Source: the human T2T-CHM13v2.0 reference genome, Homo sapiens. Taken from it: a stretch of 64,000 nucleotides of DNA. The position numbers were made by a program, and so were the translations under genes. Position 1 is the first letter of the stretch. Each line of letters starts with the position of its first letter. The notes under the pieces were generated by a model. The model was given only the letters and a program-made list of their open reading frames with translations, did not search any database and was not told where the DNA came from. This document shows, one piece after another, positions 12,801-26,800 of this stretch. The DNA is taken from assembly GCF_009914755.1 (NCBI RefSeq), contig NC_060946.1; one strand, 5' to 3'.

Positions 12801-15800
12801 CAAAGAAGATTCTGAGATTGCTTCTGTCTAGTTTTTATGGGAAGATATTTCCCTTTTCACCGTAGGTGTCAAGGCGCTCCAAATGTCCACTTCCAGATAC
12901 TACAAAAAGAGTGTTTCAAACCTACTCTGTGAAAGGGAATATTCAACTCTGTGACTTTAATGCACATATCACAAAGAAGTTTCTGAGAATGCTTCTGTCG
13001 AGATTTTATATGAAGATATTCCCGTTTCCAAAGAAATCCTGAAATCTATCCAAATATCCCCTCGCAGATTCTACAAAAAGAGTGTTTCAAAACTGCTCTG
13101 TAAAAAGAAAGGTTCAACTCTGTTAGTTGAGTACACACATCACAAACAAGTTTCACAGAATGCTTCTTTCTATCTTGTAGGGGAAGATATTCCCTTTATC
13201 ACCATGGGCCTCCAACCGTCCGAAACGTCCACTTCCATATACTACAAAAAGAGCGTTTCAAACCTGCTCTAGGAAAGGCAATGTTCAACTCTGTGACTTG
13301 AATGCAGACATCACAGAGCAGTTTCTGAGAATGCTTCTGTCTAGATTTTATAGGAAGATATTCCCGTTTCCAACGAAATCTTCACAGCTATCCAAATATC
13401 CACTTGCAGATTCTACAAAAAGAGTGTATCAAAACTGCTCTGTCAAAAGGAAGGTTCTTCTCTGTTAGGTGAGTGCATACATCATAAAGGAGTTTCTGAG
13501 AATGTTTCTGTCTAGTGGTTATGGGAAGATATTTGCTTTTTCACCGTAGGCCTCAGAGCGCTCCAAATATCCACTTGCACATACTACAAAAAGAGTGCCT
13601 CAAAGCTGCTCTTTGAAACGGAATGTTCAACTCTATGAGTTGAATGCAAACATCACAAAGACGTTTCTGAGAATGCTTCTGTCTAGATTTGATATGAAGA
13701 TATTCCCGTTTCCAACGAAATCTTCAAATCTATCCAAATGTCCACTTGCAGATTCAACAAAAAGTGTTTTTCAGAACTGCTCTATCAAAAGAAAGATCCA
13801 CCTCTGTTAGCTGAGTTCACACATCACAAACAAGTTTATGAGAATGCTTCTGTCTAGTTTTTATTTGAAGATATTTCCTTTCTCACCATAGACCTGAAAG
13901 CTGTCCTAATGTTCACTTCCAGATACTACAGAAAGAGTGTTTCAAAACTGCTGTATGAAAGGGAATGTTCAACTCTGTGACTTGAATGCACACATCACAA
14001 AGAAGTTTCTGAGGATGCTGCTGTCTACTTTTTATATGTAATCCCGTTTCCAACGAAATCCTCCAAGCTATCCAAATATCCACTTGCAGATTCCACAGAA
14101 AGACTGTTTCAAAACTGCTCTGTCAATAGAAAGGTTCAACTCTGTTAGCTGCGTGCATATATCCCAAAGAAGATTCTGAGATTGCTTCTGTCTAGTTTTT
14201 ATGGGAAGATATTTCCCTTTTCACCGTAGGCGTCAAGGCGCTCCAAATGTCCACTTCCAGATACTACAAAAAGAGTGTTTCAAACCTACTCTGTGAAAGG
14301 GAATATTCAACTCTGTGACTTGAATGCACATATCACAAAGAAGTTTCTGAGAATGCTTCTGTCGAGATTTTATATGAAGATATTCCCGTTTCCAAAGAAA
14401 TCCTGAAATCTATCCAAATATCCCCTCGCAGATTCTACAAAAAGAGTGTTTCAAAACTGCTCTGTAAAAAGAAAGGTTCAACTCTGTTAGTTGAGTACAC
14501 ACATCACAAACAAGTTTCACAGAATGCTTCTTTCTAGCTTGTAGGGGAAGATATTCCCTTTATCACCATGGGCCTCCAACCGTCCGAAACGTCCACTTCC
14601 ATATACTACAAAAAGAGCGTTTCAAACCTGCTCTAGGAAAGGCAATGTTCAACTCTGTGACTTGAATGCAGACATCACAGAGCAGTTTCTGAGAATGCTT
14701 CTGTCTAGATTTTATAGGAAGATATTCCCGTTTCCAACGAAATCTTCACAGCTATCCAAATATCCACTTGCAGATTCTACAAAAAGAGTGCATCAAAACT
14801 CCTCTGTCAAAAGGAAGGTTCTTCTCTGTTAGGTGAGTGCATACGTCATAAAGGAGTTTCTGAGAATGTTTCTGTCTAGTGGTTATGGGAAGATATTTGC
14901 TTTTTCACCGTAGGCCTCAGAGCGCTCCAAATATCCACTTGCACATACTACAAAAAGAGTGCCTCAAAGCTGCTCTTTGAAACGGAATGTTCAACTCTAT
15001 GAGTTGAATGCAAACATCACAAAGACGTTTCTGAGAATGCTTCTGTCTAGATTTGATATGAAGATATTCCCGTTTCCAACGAAATCTTCAAATCTATCCA
15101 AATGTCCACTTGCAGATTCAACAAAAAGTGTTTTTCAGAACTGCTCTATCAAAAGAAAGATCCACCTCTGTTAGCTGAGTTCACACATCACAAACAAGTT
15201 TATGAGAATGCTTCTGTCTAGTTTTTATTTGAAGATATTTCCTTTCTCACCATAGACCTGAAAGCTGTCCTAATGTTCACTTCCAGATACTACAGAAAGA
15301 GTGTTTCAAAACTGCTGTACGAAAGGGAATGTTCAACTCTGTGACTTGAATGCACACATCACAAAGAAGTTTCTGAGGATGCTGCTGTCTACTTTTTATA
15401 CGTAATCCCATTTCCAACGAAATCCTCCAAGCTATCCAAATATCCACTTGCAGATTCCACAGAAAGACTGTTTCAAAACTGCTCTGTCAATAGAAAGGTT
15501 CAACTCTGTTAGCTGCGTGCATATATCCCAAAGAAGATTCTGAGATTGCTTCTGTCTAGTTTTTATGGGAAGATATTTCCCTTTTCACCGTAGGCGTCAA
15601 GGCGCTCCAAATGTCCACTTCCAGATACTACAAAAAGAGTGTTTCAAACCTACTCTGTGAAAGGGAATATTCAACTCTGTGACTTGAATGCACATATCAC
15701 AAAGAAGTTTCTGAGAATGCTTCTGTCGAGATTTTATATGAAGATATTCCCGTTTCCAACGAAATCCTGAAATCTATCCAAATATCCCCTCGCAGATTCT

Positions 15801-18800
15801 ACAAAAAGAGTGTTTCAAAACTGCTCTGTAAAAAGAAAGGTTCAACTCTGTTAGTTGAGTACACACATCACAAACAAGTATCACAGAATGCTTCTTTCTA
15901 GCTTGTAGGGGAAGATATTCCCTTTATCACAATGGGCCTCAAACCGTCCGAAACGTCCACTTCCATATACTTCAAAAAGAGCGTTTCAAAACTGCTCTAT
16001 GAAAGGCAATGTTCAACTCTGTGACTTGAATGCAGACATCACAGAGCTGTTTCTGAGAATGCTTCTGTCTAGATTTTATAGGAAGATATTCCCGTTTCCA
16101 ACGAAATCTTCACAGCTATCCAAATATCCACTTGCAGATTCTACAAAAAGAGTGTATCCAAACTGCTCTGGCAAAAGGAAGGTTCTTCTCTGTTAGGTGA
16201 GTGCATACGTCATAAAGGAGTTTCTGAGAATGTTTCTGTCTAGTGGTTATGGGAAGATATTTGCTTTTTCACCGTAGGCCTCAGAGCGCTCCAAATATCC
16301 ACTTGCACATACTACAAAAAGAGTGCCTCAAAGCTGCTCTCTGAAATGGAATGTTCAACTCTATGAGTTGAATGCAAACATCACAAAGACGTTTCTGAGA
16401 ATGCTTCTGTCTAGATTTGATATGAAGATATTCCCGTTTCCAACGAAATCTTCAAATCTATCCAAATGTCCACTTGCAGATTCAACAAAAAGTGTTTTTC
16501 AGAACTGCTCTATCAAAAGAAAGATCCACCTCTGTTAGCTGAGTTCACACATCCAAACAAGTTTATGAGAATGCTTCTGTCTAGTTTTTATTTGAAGATA
16601 TTTCCTTTCTCACCATAGACCTGAAAGCTCTCCTAATGTTCACTTCCAGATACCACAGAAAGAGTGTTTAAAAACTGCTGTACGAAAGGGAATGTTCAAC
16701 TCTGTGACTTGAATGCACACATCACAAAGAAGTTTCTGAGGATGCTGCTGTCTACTTTTTATACGTAATCCCGTTTCCAACGAAATCCTCCAAGCTATCC
16801 AAATATCCACTTGCAGATTCCACAGAAAGACTGTTTCAAAACTGCTCTGTCAATAGAAAGGTTCAACTCTGTTAGCTGCGTGCATATATCCCAAAGAAGA
16901 TTCTGAGATTGCTTCTGTCTAGTTTTTACGGGAAGATATTCCCCTTTTCACCGTAGGTGTCAAGGCGCTCCAAATGTCCACTTCCAGATACTACAAAAAG
17001 AGTGTTTCAAACCTACTCTGTGAAAGGGAATATTCAACTCTGTGACTTTAATGCACATATCACAAAGAAGTTTCTGAGAATGCTTCTGTCGAGATTTTGT
17101 ATGAAGATATTCCCGTTTCCAAAGAAATCCTGAAATCTATCCAAATATCCCCTCGCAGATTCTACAAAAAGAGTGTTTCAAAACTGCTCTGTAAAAAGAA
17201 AGGTTCAACTCTGTTAGTTGAGTACACATATCACAAACAAGTTTCACAGAATACTTCTTTCTAGCTTGTAGGGGAAGATATTCCCTTTATCACCATGGGC
17301 CTCCAACCGTCCGAAACGTCCACTTCCATATACTACAAAAAGAGCGTTTCAAACCTGCTCTATGAAAGGCAATGTTCAACTCTGTGACTTGAATGCAGAC
17401 ATCACAGAGCAGTTTCTGAGAATGCTTCTGTCTAGATTTTATAGGAAGATATTCCCGTTTCCAACGAAATCTTCACAGCTATCCAAATATCCACTTGCAG
17501 ATTCTACAAAAAGAGTGTATCAAAACTGCTCTGTCAAAAGGAAGGTTCTTCTCTGTTAGGTGAGTGCATACGTCATAAAGGAGTTTCTGAGAATGTTTCT
17601 GTCTAGTGGTTATGGGAAGATATTTGCTTTTTCACCGTAGGCCTCAGAGCGCTCCAAATATCCACTTGCACATACTACAAAAAGAGTGCCTCAAAGCTGC
17701 TCTTTGAAACGGAATGTTCAACTCTATGAGTTGAATGCAAACATCACAAAGACGTTTCTGAGAATGCTTCTGTCTAGATTTGATATGAAGATATTCCCGT
17801 TTCCAACGAAATCTTCAAATCTATCCAAATGTCCACTTGCAGATTCAACAAAAAGTGTTTTTCAGAACTGCTCTATCAAAAGAAAGATCCACCTCTGTTA
17901 GCTGAGTTCACACATCACAAACAAGTTTATGAGAATGCTTCTGTCTAGTTTTTATTTGAAGATATTTCCTTTCTCACCATAGACCTGAAAGCTGTCCTAA
18001 TGTTCACTTCCAGATACTACAGAAAGAGTGTTTCAAAACTGCTGTATGAAAGGGAATGTTCAACTCTGTGACTTGAATGCACACATCACAAAGAAGTTTC
18101 TGAGGATGCTGCTGTCTACTTTTTATATGTAATCCCGTTTCCAACGAAATCCTCCAAGCTATCCAAATATCCACTTGCAGATTCCACAGAAAGACTGTTT
18201 CAAAACTGCTCTGTCAATAGAAAGGTTCAACTCTGTTAGCTGCGTGCATATATCCCAAAGAAGATTCTGAGATTGCTTCTGTCTAGTTTTTATGGGAAGA
18301 TATTTCCCTTTTCACCGTAGGCGTCAAGGCGCTCCAAATGTCCACTTCCAGATACTACAAAAAGAGTGTTTCAAACCTACTCTGTGAAAGGGAATATTCA
18401 ACTCTGTGACTTGAATGCACATATCACAAAGAAGTTTCTGATAATGCTTCTGTCGAGATTTTATATGAAGATATTCCCGTTTCCAAAGAAATCCTGAAAT
18501 CTATCCAAATATCCCCTCGCAGATTCTACAAAAAGAGTGTTTCAAAACTGCTCTGTAAAAAGAAAGGTTCAACTCTGTTAGTTGAGTACACACATCACAA
18601 ACAAGTTTCACAGAATGCTTCTTTCTAGCTTGTAGGGGAAGATATTCCCTTTATCACCATGGGCCTCCAACCGTCCGAAACATCCACTTCCATATACTAC
18701 AAAAAGAGCGTTTCAAACCTGCTCTATGAAAGGCAATGTTCAACTCTGTGACTTGAATGCAGACATCACAGAGCAGTTTCTGAGAATGCTTCTGTCTAGA

Positions 18801-21800
18801 TTTTATAGGAAGATATTCCCGTTTCCAACGAAATCTTCACAGCTATCCAAATATCCACTTGCAGATTCTACAAAAAGAGTGTATCAAAACTGCTCTGTCA
18901 AAAGGAAGGTTCTTCTCTGTTAGGTGAGTGCATACGTCATAAAGGAGTTTCTGAGAATGTTTCTGTCTAGTGGTTATGGGAAGATATTTGCTTTTTCACC
19001 GTAGGCCTCAGAGCGCTCCAAATATCCACTTGCACATACTACAAAAAGAGTGCCTCAAAGCTGCTCTCTGAAACGGAATGTTCAACTCTATGAGTTGAAT
19101 GCAAACATCACAAAGACGTTTCTGAGAATGCTTCTGTCTAGATTTGATATGAAGATATTCCCGTTTCCAACGAAATCTTCAAATCTATCCAAATGTCCAC
19201 TTGCAGATTCAACAAAAAGTGTTTTTCAAAACTGCTGTATCAAAAGAAAGATCCACGTCTGTTAGCTGAGTTCACACATCACAAACAAGTTTATGAGAAT
19301 GCTTCTGTCTAGTTTTTATTTGAAGATATTTCCTTTCTCACCATAGACCTGAAAGCTGTCCTAATGTTCACTTCCAGATACCACAGAAAGAGTGTTTAAA
19401 AACTGCTGTACGAAAGGGAATGTTCAACTCTGTGACTTGAATGCACACATCACAAAGAAGTTTCTGAGGATGCTGCTGTCTACTTTTTATACGTAATCCC
19501 GTTTCCAACGAAATCCTCCAAGCTATCCAAATATCCACTTGCAGATTCCACAGAAAGACTGTTTCAAAACTGCTCTGTCAATAGAAAGGTTCAACTCTGT
19601 TAGCTGCGTGCATATATCCCAAAGAAGATTCTGAGATTGCTTCTGTCTAGTTTTTATGGGAAGATATTTCCATTTTCACCGTAGGTGTCAAGGCGCTCCA
19701 AATGTCCACTTCCAGATACTACAAAAAGAGTGTTTCAAACCTACTCTGTGAAAGGGAATATTCAACTCTGTGACTTTAATGCACATATCACAAAGAAGTT
19801 TCTGAGAATGCTTCTGTCGAGATTTTATATGAAGATATTCCCGTTTCCAAAGAAATCCTGAAATCTATCCAAATATCCCCTCGCAGATTCTACAAAAAGA
19901 GTGTTTCAAAACTGCTCTGTAAAAAGAAAGGTTCAACTCTGTTAGTTGAGTACACACATCACAAACAAGTTTCACAGAATGCTTCTTTCTAGCTTGTAGG
20001 GGAAGATATTCCCTTTATCACCATGGGCCTCCAACCGTCCGAAACGTCCACTTCCATATACTACAAAAAGAGCGTTTCAAACCTGCTCTATGAAAGGCAA
20101 TGTTCAACTCTGTGACTTGAATGCAGACATCACAGAGCAGTTTCTGAGAATGCTTCTGTCTAGATTTTATAGGAAGATATTCCCGTTTCCAACGAAATCT
20201 TCACAGCTATCCAAATATCCACTTGCAGATTCTACAAAAAGAGTGTATCAAAACTGCTCTGTCAAAAGGAAGGTTCTTCTCTGTTAGGTGAGTGCATACG
20301 TCATAAAGGAGTTTCTGAGAATGTTTCTGTCTAGTGGTTATGGGAAGATATTTGCTTTTTCACCGTAGGCCTCAGAGCGCTCCAAATATCCACTTGCACA
20401 TACTACAAAAAGAGTGCCTCAAAGCTGCTCTCTGAAACGGAATGTTCAACTCTATGAGTTGAATGCAAACATCACAAAGACGTTTCTGAGAATGCTTCTG
20501 TCTAGATTTGATATGAAGATATTCCCGTTTCCAACGAAATCTTCAAATCTATCCAAATGTCCACTTGCAGATTCAACAAAAAGTGTTTTTCAGAACTGCT
20601 CTATCAAAAGAAAGATCCACCTCTGGTAGCTGAGTTCACACATCACAAACAAGTTTATGAGAATGCTTCTGTCTAGTTTTTATTTGAAGATATTTCCTTT
20701 CTCACCATAGACCTGAAAGCTGTCCTAATGTTCACTTCCAGATACTACAGAAAGAGTGTTTCAAAACTGCTGTACGAAAGGGAATTTTCAACTCTGTGAC
20801 TTGAATGCACACATCACAAAGAAGTTTCTGAGGATGCTGCTGTCTACTTTTTATACGTAATCCCGTTTCCAACGAAATCCTCCAAGCTATCCAAATATCC
20901 ACTTGCAGATTCCACAGAAAGACTGTTTCAAAACTGCTCTGTCAATAGAAAGGTTCAACTCTGTTAGCTGCGTGCATATATCCCAAAGAAGATTCTGAGA
21001 TTGCTTCTGTCTAGTTTTTATGGGAAGATATTTCCCTTTTCACCGTAGGCGTCAAGGCGCTCCAAATGTCCACTTCCAGATACTACAAAAAGAGTGTTTC
21101 AAACCTACTCTGTGAAAGGGAATATTCAACTCTGTGACTTGAATGCACATATCACAAAGAAGTTTCTGATAATGCTTCTGTCGAGATTTTATATGAAGAT
21201 ATTCCCGTTTCCAACGAAATCCTGAAATCTATCCAAATATCCCCTCGCAGATTCTACAAAAAGAGTGTTTCAAAACTGCTCTGTAAAAAGAAAGGTTCAA
21301 CTCTGTTACTTGAGTACACACATCACAAACAAGTTTCACAGAATGCTTCTTTCTAGCTTGTAGGGGAAGATATTCCCTTTATCACCATGGTCTTCAAACC
21401 GTCCGAAACGTCCACTTCCATATACTACAAAAAGAGTGTTTCAAACCTGCTCTATGAAAGGCAATGTTCAACTCTGTGACTTGAATGCAGACATCACAGA
21501 GCAGTTTCTGAGAATGCTTCTGTCTAGATTTTATAGGAAGATATTCCCGTTTCCAACGAAATCTTCACAGCTATCCAAATATCCACTTGCAGATTCTACA
21601 AAAAGAGTGTATCAAAACTGCTCTGTCAAAAGGAAGGTTCTTCTCTGTTAGGTGAGTGCATACGTCATAAAGGAGTTTCTGAGAATGTTTCTGTCTAGTG
21701 GTTATGGGAAGATATTTGCTTTTTCCCCGTAGACCTCAGAGCGCTCCAAATGTCCACTTGCACATGCTACAAAAAGAGTGCTTCAAAGCTGCTCTCTGAA

Positions 21801-23879
21801 AGGGAATGTTCAACTCTATGAGTTGAATGTAAACATCACAAAGACGTTTCTGAGAATGCTTCTGTCTAGATTTGATATGAAGATATTCCCGTTTCCAACG
21901 AAATCTTCAAATCTATCCAAATGTCCACTTGCAGATTCAACAAAAAGTGTTTTTCAAAACTGCTGTATCAAAAGAAAGATCCACGTCTGTTAGCTGAGTT
22001 CACACATCACAAACAAGTTTATGAGAATGCTTCTGTCTAGTTTTTATTTGAAGATATTTCCTTTCTCACCATAGACCTGAAAGCTGTCCTAATGTTCACT
22101 TCCAGATACTACAGAAAGAGTGTTTCAAAACTGCTGTACGAAAGGGAATGTTCAACTCTGTGACTTGAATGCACACATCACAAAGAAGTTTCTGAGGATG
22201 CTGCTGTCTACTTTTTATACGTAATCCCGTTTCCAACGAAATCCTCCAAGCTATCCAAATATCCACTTGCAGATTCCACAGAAAGACTGTTTCAAAACTG
22301 CTCTGTCAATAGAAAGGTTCAACTCTGTTAGCTGCGTGCATATATCCCAAAGAAGATTTTGAGATTGCTTCTGTCTAGTTTTTATGGGAAGATATTTCCC
22401 TTTTCACCGTAGGTGTCAAGGCTCTCCAAATGTCCACTTCCAGATACTACAAAAAGAGTGTTTCAAACCTACTCTGTGAAAGGGAATATTCAACTCTGTG
22501 ACTTTAATGCACATATCACAAAGAAGTTTCTGAGAATGCTTCTGTCGAGATTTTATATGAAGATATTCCCGTTTCCAAAGAAATCCTGAAATCTATCCAA
22601 ATATCCCCTCGCAGATTCTACAAAAAGAGTGTTTCAAAACTGCTCTGTAAAAAGAAAGGTTCAACTCTGTTAGTTGAGTACACACATCACAAACAAGTTT
22701 CACAGAATGCTTCTTTCTAGCTTGTAGGGGAAGATATTCCCTTTATCACCATGGGCCTCCAACCGTCCGAAACGTCCACTTCCATATACTACAAAAAGAG
22801 CGTTTCAAACCTGCTCTAGGAAAGGCAATGTTCAACTCTGTGACTTGAATGCAGACATCACAGAGCAGTTTCTGAGAATGCTTCTGTCTAGATTTTATAG
22901 GAAGATATTCCCGTTTCCAACGAAATCTTCACAGCTATCCAAATATCCACTTGCAGATTCTACAAAAAGAGTGTATCAAAACTGCTCTGTCAAAAGGAAG
23001 GTTCTTCTCTGTTAGGTGAGTGCATACGTCATAAAGGAGTTTCTGAGAATGTTTCTGTCTAGTGGTTATGGGAAGATATTTGCTTTTTCACCGTAGGCCT
23101 CAGAGCGCTCCAAATATCCACTTGCACATACTACAAAAAGAGTGCCTCAAAGCTGCTCTTTGAAACGGAATGTTCAACTCTATGAGTTGAATGCAAACAT
23201 CACAAAGACGTTTCTGAGAATGCTTCTGTCTAGATTTGATATGAAGATATTCCCGTTTCCAACGAAATCTTCAAATCTATCCAAATGTCCACTTGCAGAT
23301 TCAACAAAAAGTGTTTTTCAGAACTGCTCTATCAAAAGAAAGATCCACCTCTGTTAGCTGAGTTCACACATCACAAACAAGTTTATGAGAATGCTTCTGT
23401 CTAGTTTTTATTTGAAGATATTTCCTTTCTCACCATAGACCTGAAAGCTGTCCTAATGTTCACTTCCAGATACTACAGAAAGAGTGTTTCAAAACTGCTG
23501 TACGAAAGGGAATGTTCAACTCTGTGACTTGAATGCACACATCACAAAGAAGTTTCTGAGGATGCTGCTGTCTACTTTTTATACGTAATCCCGTTTCCAA
23601 CGAAATCCTCCAAGCTATCCAAATATCCACTTGCAGATTCCACAGAAAGACTGTTTCAAAACTGCTCTGTCAATAGAAAGGTTCAACTCTGTTAGCTGCG
23701 TGCATATATCCCAAAGAAGATTCTGAGATTGCTTCTGTCTAGTTTTTATGGGAAGATATTTCCCTTTTCACCGTAGGCGTCAAGGCGCTCCAAATGTCCA
23801 CTTCCAGATACTACAAAAAGAGTGTTTCAAACCTACTCTGTGAAAGGGAATATTCAACTCTGTGACTTGAATGCAGATA

Positions 23880-26800
23880 TCACAAAGAAGTTTCTGAGAA
23901 TGCTTCTGTCGAGATTTTATATGAAGATATTCCCGTTTCCAACGAAATCCTGAAATCTATCCAAATATCCCCTCGCAGATTCTACAAAAAGAGTGTTTCA
24001 AAACTGTTCTGTAAAAAGAAAGGTTCAACTCTGTTAGTTGAGTACACACATCTCAAACAAGTATCACAGAATGCTTCTTTCTAGCTTGTAGGGGAAGATA
24101 TTCCCTTTATCACCATGGGCCTCAAACCGTCCGAAACGTCCACTTCCATATACTTCAAAAAGAGCGTTTCAAACCTGCTCTATGAAAGGCAATGTTCAAC
24201 TCTGTGACTTGAATGCAGACATCACAGAGCTGTTTCTGAGAATGCTTCTGTCTAGATTTTATAGGATGATATTCCCGTTTCCAACGAAATCTTCACAGCT
24301 ATCCAAATATCCACTTGCAGATTCTACAAAAAGAGTGTATCCAAACTGCTCTGGCAAAAGGAAGGTTCTTCTCTGTTAGGTGAGTGCATACGTCATAAAG
24401 GAGTTTCTGAGAATGTTTCTGTCTAGTGGTTATGGGAAGATATTTGCTTTTTCACCGTAGGCCTCAGAGCGCTCCAAATATCCACTTGCACATACTACAA
24501 AAAGAGTGCCTCAAAGCTGCTCTCTGAAATGGAATGTTCAACTCTATGAGTTGAATGCAAACATCACAAAGACGTTTCTGAGAATGCTTCTGTCTAGATT
24601 TGATATGAAGATATTCCCGTTTCCAACGAAATCTTCAAATCTATCCAAATGTCCACTTGCAGATTCAACAAAAAGTGTTTTTCAGAACTGCTCTATCAAA
24701 AGAAAGATCCACCTCTGTTAGCTGAGTTCACACATCCAAACAAGTTTATGAGAATCCTTCTGTCTAGTTTTTATTTGAAGATATTTCCTTTCTCACCATA
24801 GACCTGAAAGCTGTCCTAATGTTCACTTCCAGATACTACAGAAAGAGTGTTTAAAAACTGCTGTACGAAAGGGAATGTTCAACTCTGTGACTTGAATGCA
24901 CACATCACAAAGAAGTTTCTGAGGATGCTGCTGTCTACTTTTTATACGTAATCCCGTTTCCAACGAAATCCTCCTAGCTATCCAAATATCCACTTGCAGA
25001 TTCCACAGAAAGACTGTTTCAAAACTGCTCTGTCAATAGAAAGGTTCAACTCTGTTAGCTGCGTGCATATATCCCAAAGAAGATTCTGAGATTGCTTCTG
25101 TCTAGTTTTTATGGGAAGATATTTCCCTTTTCACCATAGGTGTCAAGGCGCTCCAAATGTCCACTTCCAGATACTACAAAAAGAGTGTTTCAAACCTACT
25201 CTGTGAAAAGGAATATTCAACTCTGTGACTTTAATGCACATATCACAAAGAAGTTTCTGAGAATGCTTCTGTCGAGATTTTATATGAAGATATTCCCGTT
25301 TCCAAAGAAATCCTGAAATCTATCCAAATATCCCCTCGCAGATTCTACAAAAAGAGTGTTTCAAAACTGCTCTGTACAAAGAAAGGTTCAACTCTGTTAG
25401 TTGAGTACACACATCACAAACAAGTTTCACAGAATGCTTCTTTCTAGCTTGTAGGGGAAGATATTCCCTTTATCACCATGGGCCTCCAACCGTCCGAAAC
25501 GTCCACTTCCATATACTACAAAAAGAGCGTTTCAAACCTGCTCTAGGAAAGGCAATGTTCAACTCTGTGACTTGAATGCAGACATCACAGAGCAGTTTCT
25601 GAGAATGCTTCTGTCTAGATTTTATAGGAAGATATTCCCGTTTCCAACGAAATCTTCACAGCTATCCAAATATCCACTTGCAGATTCTACAAAAAGAGTG
25701 TATCAAAACTGCTCTGTCAAAAGGAAGGTTCTTCTCTGTTAGGTGAGTGCATACGTCATAAAGGAGTTTCTGAGAATGTTTCTGTCTAGTGGTTATGGGA
25801 AGATATTTGCTTTTTCACCGTAGGCCTCAGAGCGCTCCAAATATCCACTTGCACATACTACAAAAAGAGTGCCTCAAAGCTGCTCTTTGAAACGGAATGT
25901 TCAACTCTATGAGTTGAATGCAAACATCACAAAGACGTTTCTGAGAATGCTTCTGTCTAGATTTGATATGAAGATATTCCCGTTTCCAACGAAATCTTCA
26001 AATCTATCCAAATGTCCACTTGCAGATTCAACAAAAAGTGTTTTTCAGAACTGCTCTATCAAAAGAAAGATCCACCTCTGTTAGCTGAGTTCACACATCA
26101 CAAACAAGTTTATGAGAATGCTTCTGTCTAGTTTTTATTTGAAGATATTTCCTTTCTCACCATAGACCTGAAAGCTGTCCTAATGTTCACTTCCAGATAC
26201 TACAGAAAGAGTGTTTCAAAACTGCTGTATGAAAGGGAATGTTCAACTCTGTGACTTGAATGCACACATCACAAAGAAGTTTCTGAGGATGCTGCTGTCT
26301 ACTTTTTATATGTAATCCCGTTTCCAACGAAATCCTCCAAGCTATCCAAATATCCACTTGCAGATTCCACAGAAAGACTGTTTCAAAACTGCTCTGTCAA
26401 TAGAAAGGTTCAACTCTGTTAGCTGCGTGCATATATCCCAAAGAAGATTCTGAGATTGCTTCTGTCTAGTTTTTATGGGAAGATATTTCCCTTTTCACCG
26501 TAGGCGTCAAGGCGCTCCAAATGTCCACTTCCAGATACTACAAAAAGAGTGTTTCAAACCTACTCTGTGAAAGGGAATATTCAACTCTGTGACTTGAATG
26601 CACATATCACAAAGAAGTTTCTGAGAATGCTTCTGTCGAGATTTTATATGAAGATATTCCCGTTTCCAACGAAATCCTGAAATCTATCCAAATATCCCCT
26701 CGCAGATTCTACAAAAAGAGTGTTTTAAAACTGCTCTGTAAAAAGAAAGGTTCAACTCTGTTAGTTGAGTACACACATCACAAACAAGTTTCACAGAATG

